A DNA stretch of 63,917 nucleotides, filler included, from Rhabdomonas costata (taxonomy: Eukaryota): assembly GCA_019059605.1 (NCBI GenBank). It is 43 parts of 43 records of this genome, joined end to end, with 100 filler letters (N's around TTAATTAATTAA, not from the genome) between each part and the next. Parts side by side here need not be neighbours in the genome. Positions count along the whole stretch, not along the records: positions 35,730 to 37,116 come from JAHMHO010017438.1; positions 37,217 to 38,603 come from JAHMHO010017439.1; positions 38,704 to 40,092 come from JAHMHO010017440.1; positions 40,193 to 41,579 come from JAHMHO010017441.1; positions 41,680 to 43,066 come from JAHMHO010017442.1; positions 43,167 to 44,552 come from JAHMHO010017443.1; positions 44,653 to 46,039 come from JAHMHO010017444.1; positions 46,140 to 47,526 come from JAHMHO010017445.1; 35 more parts are not named here. One strand, given 5' to 3'. Of this stretch, positions 36,929-48,323 are shown in pieces (the first letter of the stretch is position 1; every line of letters starts with the position of its first letter). Both the position numbers and the translations under genes were made by a program. A model generated the notes under the pieces. It was not told where the DNA came from and ran no database searches. It saw nothing but the letters and a program-made list of their open reading frames with translations.

Positions 36929-39259
36929 GTATGCACCCTTATCGTACACACATGCGCACTTAGTCACAGACGCTCGCTTTTCTGTAGGCTCCAGAGACCC
37001 GATGAAGTCAGATTGCGGCTCAGCCTGCACCTGCTACCATCCCCAGAGTCAGTGGGTGAGCAATCTGGCAACTATGACAAACCACCCTCTAGTCACACTG
37101 AGCCCCCCACCCCCCCNNNNNNNNNNNNNNNNNNNNNNNNNNNNNNNNNNNNNNNNNNNNTTAATTAATTAANNNNNNNNNNNNNNNNNNNNNNNNNNNN
37201 NNNNNNNNNNNNNNNNGGGTGGGTGTATCCCAACTTGTCCAGCTGAAGTCTAACCCTCCCACAGACAAGGAACTGCACAAGTTGGGATACACCCGCATTC
37301 TCGAGATTAGCGGCTGATCTTAGCTAAACTTTTTGCCAGTGTTTTGCTAAGCAACTGAAAACTACTTCTGACTAAGGACTAGCCATTGGCTGGTACATAC
37401 GCGGACGAGTAGGACGGTATTGGTGGGGGGTCTGAAGGCCAGTAACGTGACCTGAATGCCTTTATCGAAAATGCATTTCAATACTTGTTGCCAGTGGTAA
37501 CCGCTAACCCCCACCCTTCCAACGTCCAGCGGATGGAAAAATAATAGTAGTTCGAGCTGTTGTTTCTTCCTAATCCCAGCAGGTTGTACCAAGCTCTTCA
37601 ACCCTTTTTAGGCTGCATACAGGGAGACGCGGGAGACAACGCCAACAACACTATGATGTGCTGTGCTGTGGGTGTTTCTATCAAAGCCGAGGGCCTGAAA
37701 CCCAGAAGACTGAGGGACCAGCGCCATCACCCCATCACCTGTGCAGCGGATGGGAGGGAATGGTTTCTCAACCTGCTGCAGAACGTGCTCGAGCAGTTGC
37801 CTGTGACCGAATAGCCTTGGGGTCAAACCTACCCAAAAGAAACAATAGTAGCCGGGCTAATAATAGAACATTTACGGTATTACCACCTTCCCCAATTACT
37901 GGGCCAGCTTTTTTTAACGCGATCAGTTTTTCTCGTCTGCCTCTCATTGTTTGATGAAGTTTGTGTTGACCCGCCATCTCTCTATGCGCTGTGCGTTTTG
38001 GGGTGCGGAGGGAGATGAACGGTTTCTGGGAGATTGTCGATTAATGGGGCGGGATTGTCGATTATTTCAGCGGCAAAGGCTAGCACCGGGTAAGCCAGTG
38101 CGGAATTTGCGGCCGGAGCGGGCGGCTGAGCGGGGACGATGTCCCAATCTACCAGCCCAAGTCACCACCGCACCGTTTTATAACTTTAATCCGTTTCAGG
38201 ATTTCCCACCTACCCACACCCGCACACATTCAAAGTGCATCTAATCGTAGCACTTGTCTGTGACCCCTTGTCCTTCGCAGTGACCCGTCAGGTGGCGAGG
38301 CAAGCAGCGAAGCCTCCGCGTACACGCCCTTTCTTTGGCCGCGAGGTACTCACTCTGTGCCCTGCGCTGTAGTGCTATTCCATGTCTGTGCACAGAGCCA
38401 CCCCGGATGTATTCTCCCTCCACTGCCATCGGCGGGGTGCACAGCCCTGCCGGAAGGGGCCCTCCCAGTGAGGCCGGCACGGTGACCTCGACGGCCTCAA
38501 CTGCGGCCGCCCGAAGCGTGTTCAACCCCGCCAAGCTGCGGCCCACGGCTGCGGCTGCAGTGAGAGGGCGTTCGGGTGTGCCCTCCCCCACCCACCCACC
38601 ACCNNNNNNNNNNNNNNNNNNNNNNNNNNNNNNNNNNNNNNNNNNNNTTAATTAATTAANNNNNNNNNNNNNNNNNNNNNNNNNNNNNNNNNNNNNNNNN
38701 NNNGGTTTTGGACCATCCGGGTGAAGACATTCACGCTCTCGATGCCCCAAAACGCTTGATCCCCTCCTCCAACTGGGGAATCGTATCCTTCTCCCGCAGG
38801 GCGTCCTCGATATGCTGGAGGATCCACACGAGGGCCTTGAGGGCCTCGTGAAGGGGTTGTCGGGGAGAGCTGGCTTCCTGGCAGTGTCGGGGAACCGGTC
38901 ACTCGTCAATGCAGCGGAACTTCGAGCGACCTCCCGCCCTTGCCCCCACGGCCTGACGACACGCTTCGTTGCAGCCTTGCGGGTGACGAGGACTTGGGCT
39001 TGGGTGCCTGTCCAGTCCTCTGGAAGGGACGGGCGGGCGACGACGAGTGCTGGGTGCTGGTCGTTTTCTGGTGGTGGCCCCCGGGCCGGGTTTCCCTGTG
39101 CACGGAGAGGCGACCGACCGGGGCCGCCGTCACACACAGGGCGCCTTGGCGCGGTGTGCTGTGGCGTGAACTTATGCTTCAAGTTCTGCACACCTGTTCG
39201 TGCTGGACGACCCGACGGCATTGGGGTGATGGTGTGTGCCGTGCCTATACACACACACG

Positions 39260-39302
<43 letters not shown>

Positions 39303-42172
39303 GCAAAGGAGTACGGGGAATGGACGTAGCGGGTGGACATTGGTTCCGACACGGCGCAGCGGCAGGGCAAGCAAGAGAGAAAGAGAAGCAGAACTGTGAG
39401 CCGAAGACAGAAGACTGCACCAGGACTTGTCCGAGAGTGCGAAGAGAATCGCTGGCTTGGAGTCATTGACACATTGCAGCTGGAGAATCTCATCCGGGGG
39501 GGTGGGTATGCTCTTTCCGGTCGGCCGTTGCCTTCACCTTGAATGAATCATCAGAGCCAAACTCCGCATTATCATCAACTTGCTTGACACCCCGCCCCCC
39601 ATCCATGCCCTCCGACTGAATGTCTGGATGTGTAGGAAACGGATTTGCATTGCACTGGCCAGAGTAGAAAAACGCATCCCGAGGGGAAATCTCCAATAAA
39701 GGAGGAAACACTTGAGTTCTTCACCACAGGCTCGGGAAGGAAACCCAAACAAATCGAAAAGTCAAAGATCTTGCGCGCCTGTCTCTGTGTCTCCTTTGAG
39801 AACAGAGGGGACTGCCTCCAATCCCAACCCCAATTCCCACGTCTCGTCAGAATAGTGCTGACCCACCCTTTCACTTGACTTGTGATGGTTGCCTTAGGTC
39901 CCCGAACCAACCAAAGCAAGGCTGAGAACCAGAACGCGCATGGGGCAGCAGGGCTGTTTGTAAACTTCAGCCTTCTCTGTGACGCACACGCGCCTCTGGC
40001 ATGACAAAAGAGCACAAGACACCACACGAAGTCCACGGAGCCTGACAACGGCAGACCCCCCCGGCGAAAAGGATAAAAACACCCCCAACACANNNNNNNN
40101 NNNNNNNNNNNNNNNNNNNNNNNNNNNNNNNNNNNNTTAATTAATTAANNNNNNNNNNNNNNNNNNNNNNNNNNNNNNNNNNNNNNNNNNNNGTGGGGTG
40201 GGGGGGGTAAGGACAGAACAGACAAATACACGCTGGTGATGCTCCCGTTGAGTGCCGAAGTTGGGGTCGAGACTATGTGAGCCGGAACCAACTGGGAAGG
40301 AAGAGGGCATTCACTCCATATACTGACCACGGAAAAAAGAACACCCTTGATCACGCTCCTCACTCACTCACACTCACTTTCTCTCTCGACTCCGGTCCCG
40401 CAACGTTTGGCAGGAACAGTGGCAGATGGGGGAGAGAGAGCGCTCCCCCAGATAGAGGCACACACACAAACCAAAGCAACACCTTCCTTACACAGCAGTT
40501 TGCCTGCTAAGCGAAGAAGAGGGGCGCACCACAAACAAAAAACAGGGCCCATCCCGATGTCACAAGGTTGGGGGGACGTCGCCCACCACGACGTTGCCTT
40601 TTCAGGGTGTCAGGCGTCGCCTGCAACCAAGGTTGGAATAGGACAACACCACACCACAAGGGCCCGTGACTCCCTATGCCAAAAGGTATTTCTATTCTCA
40701 CGTTTAAGCCTCTAAGCCGTGGCAGGTTTCAAGCAAGGAGGGAACGCGGAGAGAGAGGGGTTGCATTAAGTGAGAATGATGAGGCACTCAACACTGGAGC
40801 GAGGCAAGAGAACGGGATCCGGGGGGTATGCGGCATGTCGCCTGATTTGTCGAATGGTCCCGGGGAGCCATGAGGTGAATGCACAGCGATAAAAAAAGCG
40901 CACGTGTGCCGAGTTCTCAGAGATGCCACTCATGTGCGCTTCAGTTTGAAAGAGGGCATCGCGGGGAAGTCAGCGTGGTGCCTGCACCAGCACTGCGGCG
41001 CAGTGTGAGCGAGAAAAAAAACAGATGAAAAACGAGGCAGAACGGCATCACGACGTCACCACCACCTCGCAAAAACCGCAGCACTCAGAAGTGTTGTTGT
41101 CTTGATTGGAGGTTGGGAGCGCGTGAAGGGAGGGAAGGAGGCAGAGCAGCCGTCCAGCAGCAGGATCTATAAACGCAGGAAAATGAAGCGCCCGAACCAT
41201 GTGAATGAAGCAGACGTGTGAAGGCGTGGCTGGGTGTGTGAAGGAAGTCATGACCGAGAGAAAAGCAGAACTCCAACAGCGAAAGTCCTCTCCTTCCTTT
41301 TGACGGGCAAATGCGCGACACGAACGCTTGAGAAGAGGAGACAAGCAAAACAAGCGAGAAAGAAGAAACAAAAAACAACTTAGGGGAGGGAGACAAGGAC
41401 TCACATAACGCAATACCCCCCTCCGCTCTCACGGTCCCCAGAGCTCGCCTTGCAATCCACTGTTTCTGGAGAAAAAACGGACAAAAGAAATCTAAAAACG
41501 TGTCCTGCAGCCAGGAACAGAGAGAAAAATCAATAAGCACTGAGGGCACACGATCGACCACCTTTCCCGGAACCCACCCNNNNNNNNNNNNNNNNNNNNN
41601 NNNNNNNNNNNNNNNNNNNNNNNTTAATTAATTAANNNNNNNNNNNNNNNNNNNNNNNNNNNNNNNNNNNNNNNNNNNNTGTGGTGTGGGTTTCGATGTT
41701 CAAAAGGTTAAGAGAATATGAATAATCGAAAAGGCGAAATGCATAATGATCCACTTTATGCTGCTTTACTGAGTGTAATCATTTTCGGTTTCATTTGACT
41801 GACGACCTCCCCTTTTTGCTCTCTTGTTTTCGCTTGCGCGCGCGCGCGCATTTGACTCCGAAAATCTTTTATCTTCATCGTTCTTCTTCCTTTCCTTTGC
41901 AGGTCAGAACGTCTGCTCTGTGCAAGCACGTACACTTGCACATCACAAGTTACGGTGACGTGAATTGTGTGTGTGCGTGTGTGTGCCCGCATCGTCACAT
42001 CGAAGGAACAATCCCATTTGATTCCGCGGATTAGTTTAATTTTGGTAGTCAAGTGGAGATATAAGCTCATAACATAAAGCGCAAATCATCAAAAGAGCTT
42101 TTGCGTTTGCCAGCCAAACAAGGTCATCCAACCCACTTCGAAACATGTGTGAGGGCCCCCCTCTCCTCGAAC

Positions 42173-42465
42173 CTGCGACGTTCCCTGGGCAAGCTTTCCA
42201 TGGCCATTTCGATACACGTCTGGCAATTCGTGGCGATCTCCACGGGGCTGTGCTCCACCCAGCCCGGGTGAGGGGTGAGCTGAGTATGCGGGACTTGGGC
42301 GTGGGCAACCGCGCGCAGTCTGCTGTCGTAAACCACAAACCGAGTCGAGGTGGTGCCCTGGTCAAGCGCCCCGATGAGCGGGGACGAGGAGGAGCACGAC
42401 GACACAGCAGAGGAGAAGGAAGACGCCCGCCGGGAAAGCAGCGCGGGCAGCCGCGACGTGAGCAT
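42173..42465 (-). CDS. glpK: Glycerol kinase first exon with N-terminal extension
   Basis: [18 protein letters not shown]...[18 protein letters not shown] (FGGY N-terminus), preceded by [23 protein letters not shown]; probable donor AG|gttcga. Confidence 0.92.
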
Positions 42466-44970
42466 CTTGAGAGGGCAACCACGGACCACATCTTGAAGGG
42501 ATCCCAGCATTGCGTCGCGACAGCCACTCAGTATCTCAAGAAGCAGTCTATTGGGTTACAAAGCGTGGGACCAGAACATTAGAAGCAAATTTCTGGCATA
42601 GTAAAAGAAGAACATACAAAAAGAAAGGTGAAGATACAAAAACGAGCAGTAAAGCCGACCAGTTCCTGCAAACGCGGCTACTTCTTTTGAATGCTCGTGC
42701 CACATCAATGGTAAATGCTGAATATGGAGCTACTGACCACCAGCTTCATCACAGCTTTCAAACCAGTGGTGCTGAGAGAGAAAGTCTGCGTCCCTGAAAT
42801 TATTAAAAGTCGGAAAGGCCATAATGGACCTACATGCGGCCAAATCTCATGGAGGAGCGCTCAACCAACGTATCTCGCGAGCAACACCACCCCACCCCAA
42901 CGTAACCAGCAAGTTTTGACCAGTTTTGACCAACGTAACCAGTTTTGATGCAATTGATAATGACAATAATTGCTCTCGGGTCTGGACTGGACAGGTCTGG
43001 TATCTAAAGTGCAAGACGTTCAACCAACCACAATGATTAGGTGGTCTTTCAAAGAATAAAAGCAAANNNNNNNNNNNNNNNNNNNNNNNNNNNNNNNNNN
43101 NNNNNNNNNNTTAATTAATTAANNNNNNNNNNNNNNNNNNNNNNNNNNNNNNNNNNNNNNNNNNNNTGGTGTAAAAGCATTGCCGATGAACATGGAGACA
43201 GAGCTTTTTGATCGACAATGCTTTTACACCGCGAGCTTGCACAGACAGATAGAGAGAGACTCTTTCGTTTTGTTTTGCATTCTGGCTTTCTTCCGCAGGG
43301 CGGTGGCCTCATGTACGGGTTCGGGGATTCCCTGCGGCCCGCGACAGGTCCTTTTATTTTTTTGTTTTCCTGATTTGCATAGAAGTGTGGGGACGAAGCT
43401 TTTGGATTTGGGGTTTTACGGATGTTTTGCCACGATTCTTTCGGAAAGTGTGTTGCTTCTGTGATTTCTTTCAGGCGGCGACGAAGCCTTGGGTGCTACT
43501 TCCAGGTATCCTCAGAAACTCATACTCGCACATGAATGTTGCCGGGTTTCTTCCAATTCCTAGGAATGGTGTTGGGTTGAGAACAACGTCCTTGTCCGCG
43601 TTAGTATGCATGCAGGTGCCGTTGCTGTGGTTGGCTGGATGAATCTGTCCGATGAATGTCTGCTTGCTTTGCGGTGGGTAGCGCCTTCCTTGCTGTCCCA
43701 TCCGCAAAGCGCATCAGAAAACAGATGTCAAAGATAATTGGCTCAGATGCGAAAGTTTCCTGGTGCTTTGCTGATGTCGATTGATATTTAAGCAAACTTG
43801 GACAGAAAAATACTAAAGAACTAGTAGAGTATTGCGGTCGGAAGGCTAGGCGTGCTCGGCGGCTGAGACGGATGCAAATGATCTTTATTATACAAAACGC
43901 ATACTCCGTCACCGTGGTGAGGAAGTTTGCACCTTTCCGGAACTCTTCTTCACCATTGATGTCTGCCCTTTTGTGGGTGGAGGCATTGCTCATCCCCTTC
44001 CAGAAAGTTTTTGCCGTTTTGCGGTGTCAAAGTTGCGCGAATGGGTTTCAACTCCCTCCAATGTGACTGCTTTTTGTCGGGGGGGGGGTCAGTCTTCAGC
44101 TCGTTTCCTCCGAGCTCACGTCCACTGCGGCAGCAGCACGGCAGGTACTCCTCGACAGCACTCCCGCCAGTTTTGTCTCTACTTCTCGCGCACACACCGG
44201 CAACCCTATGCACCTTGCTGTGTTTTTTGTAAGGTTGCTGGGCGGTGGGAATCAAGGCAGAAGGGTACGGTCCCTAGGCTATAAAAGCATCTTTGACGGC
44301 CATCTGGGAGCGTCTTCTCTTGCCCGGTAGGTCCAAGGTTCCACTCATGTTATTGCAAAAACACTGCTGGGCCGAGGCAGGAGACCAGGCAGTGGAGGAC
44401 GGCAAACTTCCGTCTCCACGGTGCCCCCACCCAAAAATATTAGCAGACGGACTGCCGTCGGAAGATCCATCTGGGGCTTTAGAACTCCCGGACCGTTCAC
44501 AGAAAAGGAGTGGACAACCAAATTCCAGCTGTCGCTGAAAGGTTCAATAAGTNNNNNNNNNNNNNNNNNNNNNNNNNNNNNNNNNNNNNNNNNNNNTTAA
44601 TTAATTAANNNNNNNNNNNNNNNNNNNNNNNNNNNNNNNNNNNNNNNNNNNNTGGGGGGGGGTGGAAGAATTGGAATAATGGAGCAGAGGACCCTGGCAC
44701 AGGAAGCGCCCCCGTTTCTCCCACTGCCAGGGTCCTCTGCTCCATTATTCCAATTCTTCCACTCTCCACTGTTCTTTTGTGTTCTGCCGGACTTTGGACA
44801 CCCTAATGTACTTTGGACCTAATGGACTTGTGTTCCTGTGATGTCAATTCTGTCTTCTCTGTACCTGAGACCCAATGTGCCACCACCTATAAACCTTCAA
44901 AGGGCATTTTTTGATCGTCTGTCAAAATAGCAAACAGGAGGGCAAGTGGGGTTTTTCTGAGCAGACATAC

Positions 44971-45985
44971 AGCACACCAGGTTAGGGAGACATAGCCTTC
45001 CATGCTGAACCGCTGAAAAAGAGAAGAGGAGAAAGTCAGAAAGCCGGTAGAAATTGCGTGCCGCCCGGCGGTATTGAAAAGGCACGAGCGCCTAACGGCA
45101 GAAACAATACCAATCTACAGCAGTACACGCATGCCGAATTTCTCACCTTCTGGAGGGGAAAAACACGAGGCCTTTCCTCGTAAAAAAGGAACAGCGATTC
45201 CTTACCCATGCGCATCTCAGAAATTTAAAAACTTATCAGAAGGCGTTGTGCGAAGGCATCCAAGAAAAGGCTGGCAGCCCACTGGCCTTGAGATCATGGC
45301 GAAGCACTGGCAGAAGCCCGAACAGTACAATGGCCAGGGCGACCAGAGCAAACGTGTGTGTCGGCGACGGCAACCGCGACGCCTGTGAGAAACAAAAAAG
45401 ACGCAAAGAGAAGCAGTTTGAGGCGTGATCAACGGGCACAAAATGCGACGCAGAATCAGCACAACAGGTTGTTAGCAACGACGCTTCTATGTGAAAAAAC
45501 AGCTGCACATATCACCTTCTTCAATGGGGCCGTTGAGAAAGTAGGCAACCTGTGAATTTGCCTCGGTCCCCTTCTCAAAAGAAAAGGACAAAGGAGGGGG
45601 CTGAAACATACCAGCAAAACCGCAGAGAAGGTCGCCGCATTGATGGAGACAGCGCCATTGTGCCTGTGAAGAAAGCATAATTGATGTTAACCCAATACAC
45701 AGTTCCAAGTTTCAGTGTTCAAACACTTGGCAACACGATAATGTCAGTCGTGACAGATACGTCCCAAACCAACTGCACCCATCTTAGGAAACTCACAAAC
45801 AAACAAAACTGCCACCGGGAATGCCTTTCCTACATTGTCCAATAGCCCAAAAGCGCTCATACGTATCCGTGCATCCGTTGATGTATTGGAAGTCCGTGAA
45901 GACCACGTGAAGAACAAGCAGGGTGCTAGACAGCGCCCAGATCGTGTCGCTCGAGTAGCTCGAGGTTAGGGTGTGCATGACTGGG
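44971..45985 (-). CDS. PIGC: GPI-GlcNAc transferase subunit C (PIG-C/GPI2), exons ~45985-45863, 45663-45612, 45382-45287, 45012-44971
   Basis: PVMHTLTSSYSSDTIWAL..LHVVFTDF | NGAVSINAATFSAVLL | ASRLPSPTHTFAL..LFGLLPVLRHDLK | RFSMEGYVSLT, matching the TLT.S.S.DTI, S.NAA.F and LASRL motifs. Confidence 0.9.
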
Positions 45986-46431
45986 CGCTGTCTAGCACCC
46001 TGCTTGTTCTTCACGTGGTCTTCACGGACTTCCAAACAANNNNNNNNNNNNNNNNNNNNNNNNNNNNNNNNNNNNNNNNNNNNTTAATTAATTAANNNNN
46101 NNNNNNNNNNNNNNNNNNNNNNNNNNNNNNNNNNNNNNNGGGGGGTAATTGCGGTTTGTGCGGTTTTTCACGTTTGCTTCTTCTCCGACGTTCTCGTTCT
46201 GTCGGGGCGAAGAGAGGGTTTTCACAACGTTTGGCCCCTCTTGTCGCATCTCGCACACTTTTTTTCGGAAAGGTGTGGCTTTGTTCTGCAGGGTTGCTTT
46301 GGGGTGGTGATTGATTGTTTTACTCTTCATGCTTGGAATGGGTTTCTGGTAACGGCTTTACTTTGACTCTGAGTCTGCGGCTCGGTGGCCACTTCTTGAG
46401 GGATCCCTGTGCATTTATCTGCGCGGGGTGG

Positions 46432-47526
46432 ATGGCCACACTGCCGCTTTCGGTGAGCCAGCGCGACTTTGTACTCAGCGCGCTGCGGTGCGGGCTGCGC
46501 GTCGATGGCCGGCCTCTGCACGCGATGCGCCCGCCCTCGGTGACCTTTGGGGTCAACACAGGTCCGTTCGCCGTGCCCCACAGGCTTACTTATGTCTGCC
46601 GCATCGCCACCTCGATCGCCTGCCAAGACGAAGTGCAAGATTGTAGCTGCTTTCAGACGAGTGTTTGAACACGGATGATTGAATAGAGATGCTTTGTGTA
46701 GTTCTTGTGTGTGTGTTAGTGCGTGAGCATGCGTGTTTTGTCGTCATGATTGAGAGTTTCACCAATATTGGGTCTGTTTCATTGATGTTTCACTGGTGCG
46801 CGCGGATTTGAGTTGAAACTCGAAAAAAAATCACTCTAATAAGAGTGTGGATGCTGGTTTGCCTAGCTTGGATCGTCATTGAGTTTGTGGTGTTCTTTCC
46901 ATTCTGGATTAAGTGGATGGCAAAACGTCACTACTAGAAAAATTCAATTTTTGGGGGGGAGGCAAGGTACTTTCCTCCTCCACCCTGTACTGCCGCCCAG
47001 CCCTTTTCTATATTTCGCATCCCACAGGTATCCTGGATCTGTCACTCTGTCTTTGTTGTCCATCAGGGCACGCCGAGGTGTCCTTGGGGAAAACTCGCGT
47101 GCTGGGGGCCGCTGCCTCGGACATCGTTGAGCCCAGGGCAGAGCGTCCGAACACCGGGTTTTTGTTGATCCCCCCCTCCTCTTTCTTAAGTGGGGCAGAG
47201 GAATGGTGAAAGATAGCATTGTTCGGGTAGTTTCTGTATTTCTTATTCTTTTACAAAACGAGCAGGCGCGGGTCTTGTACACATTAATGTATGGAATATG
47301 CCAGGGATAAAAGAAAGCGTCAGAAGAACGTCGAGAGCTTTCAGGCTCACTATGAGACTGTAATTTCAATCCTTCGGGTCAACCGAGAGCCAACCAAGGA
47401 AAACTGTTCAGTCTCACAGGGCTCTGGTCAGACATTATGCAAGTAAATAAAGAAGTTCAATGGATGCTGCAACTGCGCCTGAGCTTTTTTTTGCTTCCGC
47501 AGGTTTCTGAACTTTAACGTGGATTT
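46432..47526 (+). CDS. RRP45: Exosome complex component RRP45/EXOSC9, exons 46432-46561, 47067-47157, 47503-47526
   Basis: LSVSQRDFVLSALRCGLRVDGR..MRPPSVTFG | GHAEVSLGKTRVL..IVEPRAERPNTG | FLNFNVD; RNase PH family, GT-AG. Confidence 0.88.
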
Positions 47527-47631
47527 NNNNNNNNNNNNNNNNNNNNNNNNNNNNNNNNNNNNNNNNNNNNTTAATTAATTAANNNNNNNNNNNNNNNNNN
47601 NNNNNNNNNNNNNNNNNNNNNNNNNNGTTGT

Positions 47632-47682
<51 letters not shown>

Positions 47683-48088
47683 TATGCGCGCGCGCGCGCG
47701 AATTCCTCTTTAGTTTTTTATTCAAGCAGACACAACTGCCCAGACACAACTTGTCAACAGAAATCGTCCTGCCTTCCAGCAGCATGGGGGGGAGGGGAGG
47801 ACTGGAGGACCTGGCCCTGCCGGAACTGGAGCTAAACTGGCCGGTTTGGGCCGATACTTGGTGGTGCAATGGTGGTCTTTCTGAGTTGAGTTCACTAGCA
47901 GTTTCTCAGCCTGCAGCGGCATCTGTCCTGTGTATATGGCTGCAGGGTACATACCTCCTATGTGCACATTCGCCTCGGACTGGGCCTGGGATGGCCTTCC
48001 TGCTAGTCTGCACTCTCGCAACCAAAATGTACAGGTATGTGTTGTTCTGTTTGCCTTATTCTTGTTTGTTTTCTTTTGTGGAAATCAG

Positions 48089-48323
48089 GTACGCTGTCAT
48101 CCTGATGGACTGCTCCCTGCCCACGATGTCCGGGATGGAGGCCACTCGTCGGATCCGCCAGATGCCCCACCACCGGCGCACCCCGATCATCGCGGTGACG
48201 GCGAACCAGTCGGCGGAGAGCCGGCTGAGCTGCGCGGAGGCCGGCATGAGCGAGTTCATGCCGAAGCCCTTGACGGCGCAAAACTGGCAGGCCATCGCGG
48301 CGCTGTATGCAGGGCACCAGTAG
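48089..48323 (+). CDS. Response-regulator receiver domain, terminal exon (likely a hybrid histidine kinase)
   Basis: YAVILMDCSLPTMSGMEATRRIR..TPIIAVTAN..CAEAGMSEFMPKP: phospho-acceptor Asp, Thr and KP all present; stop at 48321-48323. Confidence 0.92.

Noticed and set aside
45886-46034. 55-bp inverted repeat in PIG-C
   Set aside because: The outer arm is an exact reverse copy of coding sequence and replaces the expected upstream exon at the contig end, which indicates an artefact.
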